Assembly: GCA_951406725.2 (NCBI GenBank) | Contig: OX597835.1 | Location: 8,184,001-8,248,000, forward strand | Source: Octopus vulgaris | Taxonomy: Eukaryota | Direction of reading: 5' to 3' | Length of the DNA: 64,000 nucleotides | Shown: piece by piece, positions 1 to 12,551 of the stretch | Layout of the letters: each line of letters opens with the position of its first letter | Position numbering within the stretch: the first letter of the stretch is position 1 | Made by a program: the position numbers and the translations under genes | The notes under the pieces: model-generated | What the model was told of the DNA's origin: nothing | Database searches by the model: none | The model's input: only the letters and a program-made list of their open reading frames with translations

Positions 1-179
1 GTGTTATATTATCGTTACCTTGTGAAAGAACTTATTTTCTTCGTCAATTATTTTATAAAACGTAGCTGTTAGGTTTCTTACTGCAACGATCTTCACATCC
101 TAATTCATGATGAGTTCTGTGACGCCAGCATTTTTGCCATCTAATTGCTGTTATTAGTATTATCATTATTTTTTCCGTC

Positions 180-199
180 GTCGTCGTCATCATCGACAC

Positions 200-234
<35 letters not shown>

Positions 235-366
235 ATATTATTATTATTATTTATCATCAACGTCACCATCATCATAATCGTCATCATCATCATCATCGTC
301 ACCATCATCATCATCGTTACCATCATCATTATCATTATGATTATTATTATTATTATTATTATTATT
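180..366. repeat. Compound (CAT)n/(ATT)n microsatellite
   Basis: Directly visible trinucleotide runs; explains the poly-M/D/S/I ORFs at 53-375. Confidence 0.95.
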
Positions 367-520
367 GCCTATTGAGATTATAATTAATTTTTATAAGTGT
401 TTTAATTCTAAGTAATTGAGTTATTTAAAATAGATCTCAATTAAATTAGCCTTATCTGTCAATACACATATTCCACTATTTCGTATATTTTTCCTAGAAG
501 CAAATGCTTACATTTATTTT

Positions 521-733
<213 letters not shown>

Positions 734-847
734 TGAATGGATAAATAGATATGAATATTCAGGCTTGTATAATCATTCGTGTTAGTTAAGGCGGTAAAGA
801 AACGATAGATAATTAGCTAATTAGTTATGTTCCAAGAGCAATTGATT

Positions 848-1062
848 TGAAATGTTGTCACAAGGCCAGCAATTTCACAGGAGGAGGAATATGTCAATTA
901 CATCGACCCCAGTGTATCACTAACTGGTACTTATTTTGTCGACCCCGAAATGGTGAAAAGCAAGGTGGTCTTCGGCGGAATTTGAACTTCGAACGTGAGG
1001 ACGAACGAAGTGTCGCTAAGCATTTCACCTGGTTTGCTAACGATTCTCCCAACACGCCGCCT
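848..1062 (-). mobile_element. SINE family B, old diverged copy with B2-type tail
   Basis: Reverse complement matches the B consensus (gttcaaattccgccga...tttcggggtcgac..aataagtaccagtt...ctggggtcgatgtaat) and ends in ggccttgtgacaacatttcaaa. Confidence 0.8.
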
Positions 1063-1319
1063 TATCAATATCAAATATTTATGTGAATTCTTCTAGTGTG
1101 TGTAAACTAATGTACCAGTAAAATACTGGGGTTACCAATTTCCGTGTTCGTTTCCATTAAATTCCTGTCTCTGTTCCTACTTTGTTTGCAATGTACTGTC
1201 TCTAATAAACATATGAGCTAAGGGAGCTAATGCAATAGAGATTGGTGGCACGAATGTTGATAGACACGATAGAGGTACGTGACCTACAGGTGTGGCTCAA
1301 TCTCAGAATGCCGTCTCAT

Positions 1320-1432
1320 TGCGTGGCACCTTGGGCAGGTGTCTTCTACCATAGCCACGTGCCAACCACAGCTTTGTGAGTGGATTTGGTAGACAGAAAC
1401 TGAAAGAAGCCCGTCGTATATGTATATGTATG

Positions 1433-1489
<57 letters not shown>

Positions 1490-1500
1490 ATGTGTGTGTA

Positions 1501-1533
<33 letters not shown>

Positions 1534-1760
1534 GTGTGTGTGTGTTTGTTATGTGTCTGTGTTTGTACCCCCCCCCACGCCGTCGCTTCACAACCGATGT
1601 TGGTGTGTTTAGGCCCACGTGACTTAACGATTCGGTAAAATAAGACTGATAAAATATGTACTAGGCTTACAACGAATAAGTCCTGGGGTCGATTTTTACG
1701 ACTAAAGGTGGTGCTCCAGCATGGCCGCAGTCAAATGCGTGAAACAAGTAAAAGAATAAA
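1320..1760 (+). mobile_element. SINE family A, diverged, head eroded
   Basis: gcgtggcaccttgggcaggtgtcttct...gtggatttggtagacagaaactgaaagaagcc, internal (TA)n(TG)n, tail ggtgctccagcatggccgcagtcaaat. Confidence 0.9.
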
Positions 1761-1834
1761 AAAATATGTATATATAACTGTGTATACCTATGTATACACA
1801 GCTGTATACATACATACGTATATATTATATGTAT

Positions 1835-1998
1835 GAGTGGCTGTGTGGTAAGTAGCTTGCTAACCAACCACATGGTTCCGGGTTCAGTCCCACTGCGTGG
1901 CATCTTGGGCAAGTGTCTTCTGCTATAGCTCCGGGCCGACCAATGCCTTGTGAGTGGATTTGGTAGACGGAGACTGAAAGAAGCATGTCGTATATATG

Positions 1999-2029
<31 letters not shown>

Positions 2030-2241
2030 TTGTGTCCCCCCCCCCCAGCATTGCTTGACAACCGATGCTGGTGTGTTTATGTCCCCGTCACTTAGCGGTT
2101 CGGCAAAAGAGACCGATAGAATAAGTACTGGGCTTACAAAAGAATAAGTCCCGGGGTCGATTTGCTCGACTAAAGGCGGTGCTCGAGCATGGCCGCAGTC
2201 AAATGACTGAAACAAGTAAAAGAGTAAAAGAGAGTAAAGAG
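1835..2241 (+). mobile_element. SINE family A (tRNA head, CORE-like segment, internal microsatellite, LINE-like tail)
   Basis: A-box TGGCTGTGTGG, B-box GGTTCAGTCC, cttgggcaagtgtctt segment, tail gcatggccgcagtcaaatgactgaaacaagt followed by short aaagagt repeats; near-identical to several other copies in the window. Confidence 0.93.
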
Positions 2242-3936
2242 TATATCCATACATATGTGTGTGTGTATGTGTGAATTTGTGTATGTGTGTGTGTGTGTAT
2301 GTATGTGCGTGCGTGTGTGTGTGCATTTATCTTCGTACGGCATCTGCAAGTCAAGGACTTATTAATTCTTATTAACGTATTGACGAAGTTCTCATGTCGA
2401 AATTAATATTGTTTTTCCCAGGTGAGCTTTTTCCCCTCAAATCTTGTTTGTACATCTTTTACAATTTAACGGTTTGTTTCATTTGTTTCGCTAATTTATT
2501 TTGCATTCTTTTCGTGTCTTCTTTCGTTGCCATACCTGTTGCAACATCTTGTTTAGAGTTGCTTCCAAAATCTTTATAGGTTTATTATGCTTCATGCCTT
2601 TTGTTTTTCCTTCCACCTTTTCGGTATTCTCCTCTTTGATCTAAGAGAAATGTTATCAGCATCAACACAGAGGAACTAAGTAAATTTCATTCCCAGCAAT
2701 TCCTCCACTCAATATTCACCTTATTTTTCCCTAATTAAATTTTATCTTCGCTTCTTTTCCACCATTTTGCTATGTTCTTTTGGCTCCTGTTATTTTCTTT
2801 TGCTCTTATCTCTCTCAGGTAATTCCTTCCTTTTCTTTTCTCATCCCCACTCATCCGATCCCTTCTGTTTTCATCCTCATCCTCTTAATTCTTTTATCAC
2901 CTCCTTCCACTTGTCTCTTCCTTGCACATCCTCTTCATTTCCTCCTCGTTATCTTCTCCCTCCATTTCTGATTTCCTGACAAGAACAACGACAGTAAATT
3001 AAAGCGAGTGCTCGCTGAGGGATAACCTCATAAGGTGTATCGAATTACTTGGGGTTAGAGAAAATATCTTTGCTGATGTTGTTGTTGTTGTTGTTGTTAT
3101 TTATGTTGCTACAACTGCTGCCAGGCATGGCCACCTAGCAATTATAATATACGCTTCGTAACGATAAGTTCCGCATTCCATCTCACTGCGTGGCATCTCG
3201 GGTAAATGACTTTTACCAGAGCAACTGATCTCTTTATTTGGATGTATTCTGTGGATTGACAACAGACACGAACAGAGCACGAACAAAAGGCGTTAGGGGG
3301 CTAAAGAGCACATGGGCAATGGAATCAAAGATAGACCAGAAATTTAGATAAAGATTTTCCTGCTGAAATGCATTCAGTCCAGTATATCCATAGCAACTGC
3401 ATAAACAACTGCATTTAGATGCTCCTCTAGGTAGTGACTACAGAGAAATAAGAGAAGCCAGTGGGTGTGCCCCTAGGTCGTGGCTTGATGTGTTAAATAT
3501 AGCAACAAAATTTCATCCAATTCCTTCAAGCAGCGACGAATATACAAAAAGATGTAAACTTAATCATATGTTAAAGTCGTGGTGGTCACCAATAGAGTGA
3601 ATTTGACCTCAAGTTTTTGATCAGAATTGATATGGGATAAAACAAACAAACCACAGCAACCACAACATGAAGGTAACATACCGGTTTCGTTGTATCATTA
3701 CTGTTGCTTGTGTTGTATATACAGGAACGGTTAATGATTTAGCGCTCCGAGCGTCACCGCTGGCACTGCACTCAAACCATACATTTATCAAACACACATG
3801 GCCTTTGCTGGCAACTCGCGATTCTCTTAATGTTATCATTTTTATCATGTTATAAATGCCCAACGTCAGATGTATTATGTGGTGCTTAACAGCGCTATTT
3901 TTATGTCACGATACACACACACATATGTATATATAT

Positions 3937-4341
3937 TCTTTTACTCTTTTACTTGTTTCAGTCATTTGACTGCGGCCATGCTGGAGCACCGCCTTTAATC
4001 GAGCAACTCGACCCCGGGACTTATTCTTTTTGTAAGCCCAGTACTTATTCTATCGGTCTCTTTTGCCGAACCGCTAAGTGACGGGGACATAAACACACAA
4101 GCATCGGTTGTCAAGCAATGCTAGGGGGACAAACACAGACACACAAATACACACACGCATATATATATATACATATATACGACGGGCTTCTTTCAGTTTC
4201 CGTCTACCAAATCCACTCACAAGGCTTTGGTCGGCCCGAGGTTATAGTAGAAGACACTTGCCCAAGGTGCCACGCAGTGGATTGAACCCGGAACCATGTG
4301 GTTGGTAAACAAGCTACTTACCACACAGCCACTCCTGCGCC
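3937..4341 (-). mobile_element. SINE family A, full length
   Basis: Reverse complement of the 1835-2241 element; a second partial A fragment follows at about 4355-4452. Confidence 0.93.
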
Positions 4342-4471
4342 TATATATATATATACGACGCGCTTCTTTCAGTTTCCTTCTACCAAACTTACTCACAAGG
4401 CTTTAGTCGGCCCGAGGCTATAGTTGAAGACACTTGCCCAAAGTACCACGCAATAGGATTGAAACATATAT

Positions 4472-4703
4472 GGGCGGCGAGCTGGCAGAATCGTTAGCAC
4501 GCCGGACGAAATGCTGAGCGGTATTTCGTCTGCTATACATTCTGAGTTCAAATTCCGCCGAGTTTGACTTTGCCTTTCATTCTTTCGAGGTCGATTAAGT
4601 AAGTACCAGTTACGCCCTGGGGGTTGATGTAATTGACTTAATCCGTTTGTCTGTCCTTGTGTGTCCCCTCTATGTTTAGCCTCTTGTGGGTAGTAAAGAA
4701 ATA
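4472..4703 (+). mobile_element. SINE family B (tRNA head, Nin/Deu-like central domain, B1 tail) with 17-bp TSD
   Basis: A-box TGGCAGAATCG, B-box GTTCAAATT, gactttgcctttcattctttcgaggtcgat..aagtaccag; TSD aggattgaaacatatat at 4455-4471 and 4704-4720. Confidence 0.93.
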
Positions 4704-5059
4704 AGGATTGAAACATATATATGTGGCTGACACATTCCCTCATCGGCACCGCGTCTATCACTCGAACTATGATAAAGTATAAAAAGGAAAGAAGAATCTT
4801 TGTACTGCACCCTATGCAAACCGAAAGCAAACCTTGACCAGTTTCGTAATAAGTTCTTCGAACACAGCAGGTAACAATTCTGAATTATTGCAACAACTGA
4901 GTATTCAGAGAGAGTCGAATAATTGCTAGCTGCGTGTTTGAACATGGATCGTGAGTCATTAATCTTTAACCAGTCAGTGACACTTCAATCAATTTGTCAA
5001 TGGCAAAATATATTCTGTACGTTTTGGCTGGTGTTGTTGTTGACTGATGCTGTTGCTGT

Positions 5060-5433
5060 TGAGCGAAGCAGTCTTCATCCCAGAGCTCGCAAGATGGGAG
5101 AAGTCCGAAACATGGTCCTTTGCTATTCTATTCGTAAGACTCGCCGAAGAGAAAGCAGGTCAACCCCCGACACCGAGAGCATCGACGGATGGATGAATGC
5201 TCATCCATGCTCAACGGTTGCGTAGGATGTCGGGGACAAGAAACAGAAATAAAGAGTGAGAGACAGTTGGAGTGAAAGAGTACAACAGAGGTCTCCACCA
5301 CCCCCTGCCGGAGCCTCGTGCCGCTTTAGGTGTTTTCGCTCAATAAACACACACAACCCCCCGGTCTGGGAATCGAAACCGCGATCCTCCGACCGCGAGT
5401 CCGCTGCCCTAATCATTGGGCCATTGCGCCTCC
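5060..5433 (-). mobile_element. SINE family C head with tail type T2
   Basis: Minus strand ggaggcgcaatggcccaatgattagggcagcggactcgcggtcggaggatcgcggtttcgattccc; body and tail match 25050-25409. Confidence 0.9.
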
Positions 5434-5784
5434 CCTGTTGTTGCTGTTCTCAATATTTACTGGTGGCGCCCCCACCCCATTCCCGCGTCACCCAAGACCT
5501 ATTTGTTGATGGGACAACATGGATTACTGATCTCATTCATGTTTATGTTATTGAAGAGAACCCGAGAAGCAATAAGAGGGAGGACATAGAGAATCTCCCT
5601 CTCGGGCTACAACTCCACGGTGGGTAAGCGCGAGTGTGTGTTGCCAAAAACATCATCTAACAAGATGTCCTCAGCGTTCCAAGTATTTCTTTACATTTCA
5701 CTGCTATTTCTAGCGAATCAATCAGGTACATCGGAGCCCCATCTTCAGCTCCTATTTTCGATTATTATTCTTACTACTAATAAG

Positions 5785-6215
5785 GCGATTAGGTGGAAGA
5801 ATTGGTTTAAACGCTGCACAAAATGGTTAGCGTTATTTCATTTGTCAATAGGTTTTCAGTGCAAATTCTGGCGGGGTGGTCGTTGCGTTTCATACTTACG
5901 GAGTTAATAAAATTGGTACCAGTCGAGCACTGGTGTCGATGTAGTCGACTTAATCTACTCCAAACAAATTACTGGCCTTGTGCCAAAATTTGAAGCCATT
6001 GTTATAAATACTAATAAAGCGGCGAAATGATAGAATCCTTAAAACTCCGGATAAATTGCTTAGTGACATTTCGTCCGTCCTTACGCTCTGAATTCAAATT
6101 CCGTTCTGAGGTCAATTTTGCCTGTTATGCATTCAGGGTAGATACAATAAGTACCAGTTGTGTACTGGGGATCGATGTAATTCACTTAAATACTCTCAAC
6201 AAAATTTCACGAGGT
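5785..6215 (+). mobile_element. Two old, diverged SINE B copies in tandem
   Basis: Two degenerate matches (about 5785-6000 and 6017-6215) to head, gtaccagt...ggtcgatgta and ggccttgtgccaaaatttgaa tail. Confidence 0.7.
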
Positions 6216-6871
6216 GCGAGGTCATGATACTAATGTACTTTACACCTAGTTAAGTACACAGACACACAGACACAAACACACACATACACACACACATCCA
6301 TATCCGTATAATCTTGAATAATATATTAATTAATATTTCTGCTCCTGCCTTGCTTCTCCTTCTACCGATGTTCAAATTATTTATTAATATTGCTGTAGCT
6401 GCGGTTAGAATTCGATATTTCTATTATAAATCAATATATTTGCTGTTGCAGTTGCTGCTGCTGCTACCATTAATGCAAATGCTGCTGCTGTTGTTCATGT
6501 TGTTCCTGCAGCTGCTGTCAATCTTGCAGCTGTAGCAGCTGTTTTTGTTTACGCATCTCCAGGATATATTTCACCGATTTCAGCAAACAAAACCACGGCT
6601 CCAAGTCACTTCATCCCAGAATGCACGCTCGCAGACTTGCAGAAACACACTTTCATTCATATGCACAAAGGCATATATATATATATACATATGTATGCAG
6701 CTGTGTATTTGTGTACCTGTAAGACCACTTCTTACGATGGCGATGCTTATATTTTAATATGTTATCACTGAAAACAAATTTATCTTCACATTTATGAAGC
6801 CCGCTGCAAAAACACTACGCAACATGAATATTTAGTTCTGCTTCAGGAATATTTATGAGCTGTATATACCG

Positions 6872-6906
<35 letters not shown>

Positions 6907-7500
6907 TGTGTTTGTATGTGTTTAATAAAATATTTTACCTTGCTCCAACTTTTAATCTTTGTTATTTCTCTAAACCCGAGCATAACTCAAACCTGCAATC
7001 CTTGCCTTTCCTCCATCGTTGAAGGAAGAAGCTGCATCTTTCTCTTATTTGCTTCCTATTAGGTGTTATATCGTTTTTATTCTCGTTTCTTACTAAGGCA
7101 CATTTTCGCTTTTATTCTGTCACTCTTTTCTTACGATTCCATATTACTGCCATATTATATTTTCTTTTCACGTCGCCATCAGATTTCTTTAGTTACTTAT
7201 TTATAATAAAACTTTTGCTCATGCATTGAATAGGACATTTTCTACCTGCCTCATATATGCATGTGTATCTCTGTGTGTGTGTGTGTGTGTCTGTTTGTGT
7301 GTGTGAGTGTATACACATACAGATATTCATGTGTATGCACATTTATATATGTTTGTGTATATATTCCCAAAATAAATGTTTGTTTCTATGTATGTATGTA
7401 TGTATGTAAATATATATATATATATACATACATACATACATACATACATACATACATACATGTATACATATATATCTATATATACATATATATATATAAA

Positions 7501-7559
<59 letters not shown>

Positions 7560-8376
7560 CATGTATACACACGAAAAGAGAGAGTTTATACTTTCATATA
7601 TATCTGGATGCTCCGGGAAAATCCTGGAACAGACTGGAAGATCCTGGAAGTGCTTGTCGTAAATCTTGGCTTTGAAAGTTTTACTTAAACCGGCATAGGG
7701 TGGCATTGCATTGTGTGTCAGCGGTCTTATCCTCGCCATCAAAATACAGGACAATATATCGCAATGGCTGGAGATTCAAGAACCGACAGCTCTTCAGTAT
7801 CTGACCAAATGATTTCGGAGACTTCTATGAGGTGGTTCTAGATGTTTTAAAAAGAGTACTGGAACTCTTATCAAGAGAACTGAATATACAGGAAACACGA
7901 ATGAGGAAAGAAACATCATTCTCCCTCTTTCACCAAACACCAACTATTAAAGGTGAATTCTTGAAGATGTAGCGAAACCAATTTGCTATGTGTACGTATT
8001 ATCATTACGGTTACAAGCAGGAAGTTTTAATCGAAAATATGCATTTGTGTATACACATGTATATCTATTCGCGTGTACTTGCTCACACACACACGCACGT
8101 ACACACACACGCACGTACACACACGCACGTACACACACACACACAAATTGACCTGCTTAGACGCATACTTATACATAAGTGCCTAATGAGCAGGTCATTT
8201 GTGCTACGGATTGGGGAGGGAAGCCAAGAACGATTTCTCTGAGAAACGATTAAGAATGTTTTCACACTTTTCCCGCATTTCGATAGCAAAGAGAAATGTA
8301 AACATTTCTTATTCTAATTTAACTCTTATTCAGGCTTTATATTATTGTAATTAAGCTATAATTTATGCTGTTTTGT

Positions 8377-8405
8377 CTATCTATCTATCTATCTATCTAT
8401 CTATA

Positions 8406-8470
<65 letters not shown>

Positions 8471-8471
8471 G

Positions 8472-8513
<42 letters not shown>
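8377..8513. repeat. (TCTA)n microsatellite
   Basis: Directly visible; similar tracts at 9578-9765, 12458-12520, 19172-19240, 32535-32631. Confidence 0.95.
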
Positions 8514-8896
8514 CATACACACACGCTAATATCGAAAAGCGAGAAGAAGTGCACATATTTTGTTTGAATGTGAATTACCTCAAATGTGTATTTATATCTA
8601 TAAATTTGGATGTGCACCGAGCCTTCTCATTTAAAAGATTAGGGAATTAATCAATTCATGGCAGAGTTCCTTGCAAAGATCCCAGGGCTAATGGAAGGGA
8701 GAGCACAATTAAGGTTTCCGTATCTATATACATACATGTATTTATCCCTAAATCCAGCACTATCTCATGTAAGCTCGTGTAAACTCGTGTATTCTCATCC
8801 AAACTGGAGATGCGTACGTGCATTCTCATTTGGCTGGATCATTGTTAAGACATTTCTCTTTGCATGAAGCCAATTGTAGCCTCGTTAACCCGCAAA

Positions 8897-8954
<58 letters not shown>

Positions 8955-9256
8955 TAAAAACGGTAAGATAACAAAAGAAAGAAGGAGTCCTCAATATTAT
9001 GTAAATAGAGGAATTTATCTGTAAATGTAATATGTGACAATTTTTAGAAAAAAGTTAAAATCGGACAGAACTTTTGGGATGAACTGATACTTACCGAATT
9101 AGATTCTCGTGGCCAACTAACGAAAGGGTCGAAAATAGGGAACTAAATAAGGGCTGCAGTAGATACATATTCCTTTAACGCATTCTAGCTGTGAATGGAG
9201 TTATATGAGAAAGTATTGAATTTGTTTATTCACAATAATTTTGTTTTTTATTGCAG

Positions 9257-9333
9257 AAGTGAAAAGCATTAAAGTAAAACCATTATTCCTAAGAGGCCAT
9301 GTGACTGTGTTGACCACAGGCAACAGAAACTGG
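9257..9333 (+). other. Weak candidate coding exon (xVKSIKVKPLFLRGHVTVLTTGNRNW)
   Basis: Strong acceptor ttgttttttattgcag, donor gg|gtcagt, 77 nt with one open frame; no protein family recognised. Confidence 0.2.
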
Positions 9334-9584
9334 GTCAGTATAAGTGCTGCATCACAGCGATTCTATTTCAACTGTATATTACAATGAATTGTTTCTGATG
9401 ATTAAATACACAATATACTTAATAAGAAGTATATTAATGAAGCCGAATACAAAAACGTTTTTTTTTTATATCCTAATTAATAAGTGAGACTCGGGGGATT
9501 AAATTCGATGAGCAAGACAATTACAATACATAAATTTTTAATTACTCAAAATTGTGCACTTGTATGAATATATAAGTCTATCTT

Positions 9585-9731
<147 letters not shown>

Positions 9732-9935
9732 GTCTGTCTATCTATCTCTCTATCTATCTATTTATCTGTCAATATGTATATATGTAATATTTTTGGACTA
9801 ATGGGTACATGTCGATTAGTGTGCTGAAGTCTTGAGTAGAGCACTAACACAGTTTGGGCTATCTGGTGTCGGTACTTCTGGAATTTCGCAGTGTTAGTTG
9901 AGACAATGATAATGATGATAATAATAATAATAATG

Positions 9936-9972
<37 letters not shown>

Positions 9973-10249
9973 CAACAACAACAACAACAACAACAAAAAC
10001 AACAACAACAACAACAATAATAATAATTTCTAAGTAAAGAGAAAATGGATTTGGTTTTAATCTTTATTCTGTACAGTAGTCGTTTTGACTAACCCTGCTT
10101 AGTGGGTGGGATTGACCGGATGGGCGGGTGGCCAACGTCCTCTGTGTAAGTGCAGGACGAACGAAAGAATGTGTGCGTATGTGTGTATACTCATCCTGGT
10201 CTAAGTAAGCTAAACAATCTTTCGCCACCGCTAGATATTACAGCCTGCA

Positions 10250-10322
<73 letters not shown>

Positions 10323-10590
10323 TTACATATTTAAATAATGAGGGAGATAAATTCATATTAATTTCAATATCAATTTAAAACCAGTAGTCCAGCATACAAA
10401 AAATCTGAGAAGTCAGAGAAAATTCTAATATATGTGTATATTGGCAGGGCCAGACTGCTAGGTAGTCGGCCGTATGCTAGAAATAGATCATCAACGATCA
10501 AACTACAAAGGAAATTCTCTAGAGGAAAAATTCAGCGAACACCAGAACCAAATTTGGCGGGCAGGACAGATGAAAATTTATGCCAATATA

Positions 10591-10629
<39 letters not shown>

Positions 10630-10631
<2 letters not shown>

Positions 10632-11000
10632 TGTCCTTCTTCTAATATCATTCCTGTGTCTTAAACCCAATGGGACTCATTTCAACATGTATTTCGTCAG
10701 TTTTGCAAGTCTGAGTCTCATCAGGTACATCTGTACATAAATGTTTGTGTCTCGCTGAAAATTCTGTGTTTTGGGTATAATGTTGTTATATACCTGTCTG
10801 GTTAGGGAATGAGACATCACTAGAATATTCTATTACTCTTAGCTTTTTTCAATAAGAGTTGCAAGGATTTGCAAATATAGGCAAATGATTGTTGATAAAA
10901 AATAAAATAAAAGAAAGAAAAAACTTCGAAGGGGAAGTTAATGGTTGGATTGAGTTACATTAGGTTTAAAACAGAGGAATGGTATTAGAAGAAGGAAGGG
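10630..11000. mobile_element. MITE-like element with about 60-bp imperfect terminal inverted repeats, inside (TA)n
   Basis: Left cctgtccttcttctaatatcattcctgtgtcttaaacccaatg matches reverse complement of right end cccttccttcttctaataccattcctctgttttaaacctaatg; TA runs on both sides. Confidence 0.8.
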
Positions 11001-11017
11001 ATATACATATATATATA

Positions 11018-11187
<170 letters not shown>

Positions 11188-11329
11188 TATGTATATATAT
11201 ATATATATATATGCAGGCTTCAATATCTAGCTAGGCTTCAATATCAATGTTTAGCTAGCGTAGACCAGGATACGTATACACACATACACACACATATGCA
11301 TCATGATAGATCGTTAGCCACTACACACA

Positions 11330-11491
11330 TTTTTTTCTCTCCTTGTTTCTCTCCTTGTTTTTTTCTGTGTCCCTTTCTGTTGAAGAGCGTAGGCTCGAAA
11401 CGCAAAAGACTTTTTCTATTCCTGAGCGTTACACTAATACATCTGCTTGTTTTGTACACCACCTGTCTTCGTCTTTCTTTTTTGTAAACTC

Positions 11492-11494
<3 letters not shown>
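11330..11494 (+). mobile_element. Probable Penelope-like pLTR fragment with degenerate minimal hammerhead motif (11369-11410)
   Basis: gtc-cc-ttt CTGTTGA a gagc-gtag-gctc GAAAC gca aaa-gac; abuts a long (TA)n. Confidence 0.4.
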
Positions 11495-11571
<77 letters not shown>

Positions 11572-12316
11572 GTGTATATATATATATATATATACATACA
11601 TACATACATACATACATACATACATACATACATTTACACACGCATATGTGTCTGTGTGTATGTGTTTATGTTTCGAAGAAAGATGTGGAAACGAGATAAG
11701 GACAAAGACAAACAAAAGATAGAAAGAAAGAGAGAGAGAGAGAAAGAGAGAGAAAGAGAGAGAAAGAGGTCATCTTGAGTAGTTAACTATTGCAAACGAA
11801 AGTCTCAATTAGACATAGATTGTAGTCAGAATTGTCGTAACAGTCTCTAGCTAAGAATTGGTTAGATCAAAAGACATTCAGCTAATCGATATCTGGTGTG
11901 TGTGACAATCACACTACTCAATACTTGTCATCAATACATTCCCCACCGCCACGCCATACACATTTCATTATATTACATTCCAGCTTCGGTGTAAGTAGGA
12001 TTATCGATCTTGTAGTTGTTAACAAATTTTCTTTGATCCACTGCGATTCTTTCCCCGGAACGTTTTGATTATTTTCTCGAAGAATGCACAAGACTTAGAG
12101 TTGCGGCTTACTTTAGTGGCTGCTTATATCGTAATAAAAGACAACTACGTGTGATGCCGAACGTGTGGTGGCGGCGGTGGTGGTGGTGGTGGTGGTGGTG
12201 GTGGTGGTGGTTGTGTTGGGTACTTCATTGTTGTTGGGGTTCGTGATCGACTCGCAGATATATTGCAATTTTTAATATTGTATCGACAATGCATACGTTT
12301 GTGTGACCATCACAGC

Positions 12317-12378
<62 letters not shown>

Positions 12379-12456
12379 TGCAGCATGGAAGCAGTTTGTA
12401 AGCCATTTAAGAAACACACAAAAGCCGTTCGATCCACTTCAACATTTAAGTGCTGC

Positions 12457-12551
<95 letters not shown>

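Noticed and set aside
1667-2326. Recurrent peptides such as RRHLPKMPRSGTEPGTMWLVSKLLTTQPL and RSEFKFRRGRLCLSSFRGR
   Set aside because: Translations of SINE A and SINE B copies, not a gene family.
3003-3030. Two adjacent small hairpins (agcgag-tg-ctcgct; tgagg-gataa-cctca)
   Set aside because: Too short to distinguish from chance in 64 kb.
10441-10586. TA-flanked island with TTGGCA..TGCCAA ends
   Set aside because: Only 6 bp of inverted repeat; probably an insertion but cannot be classified.
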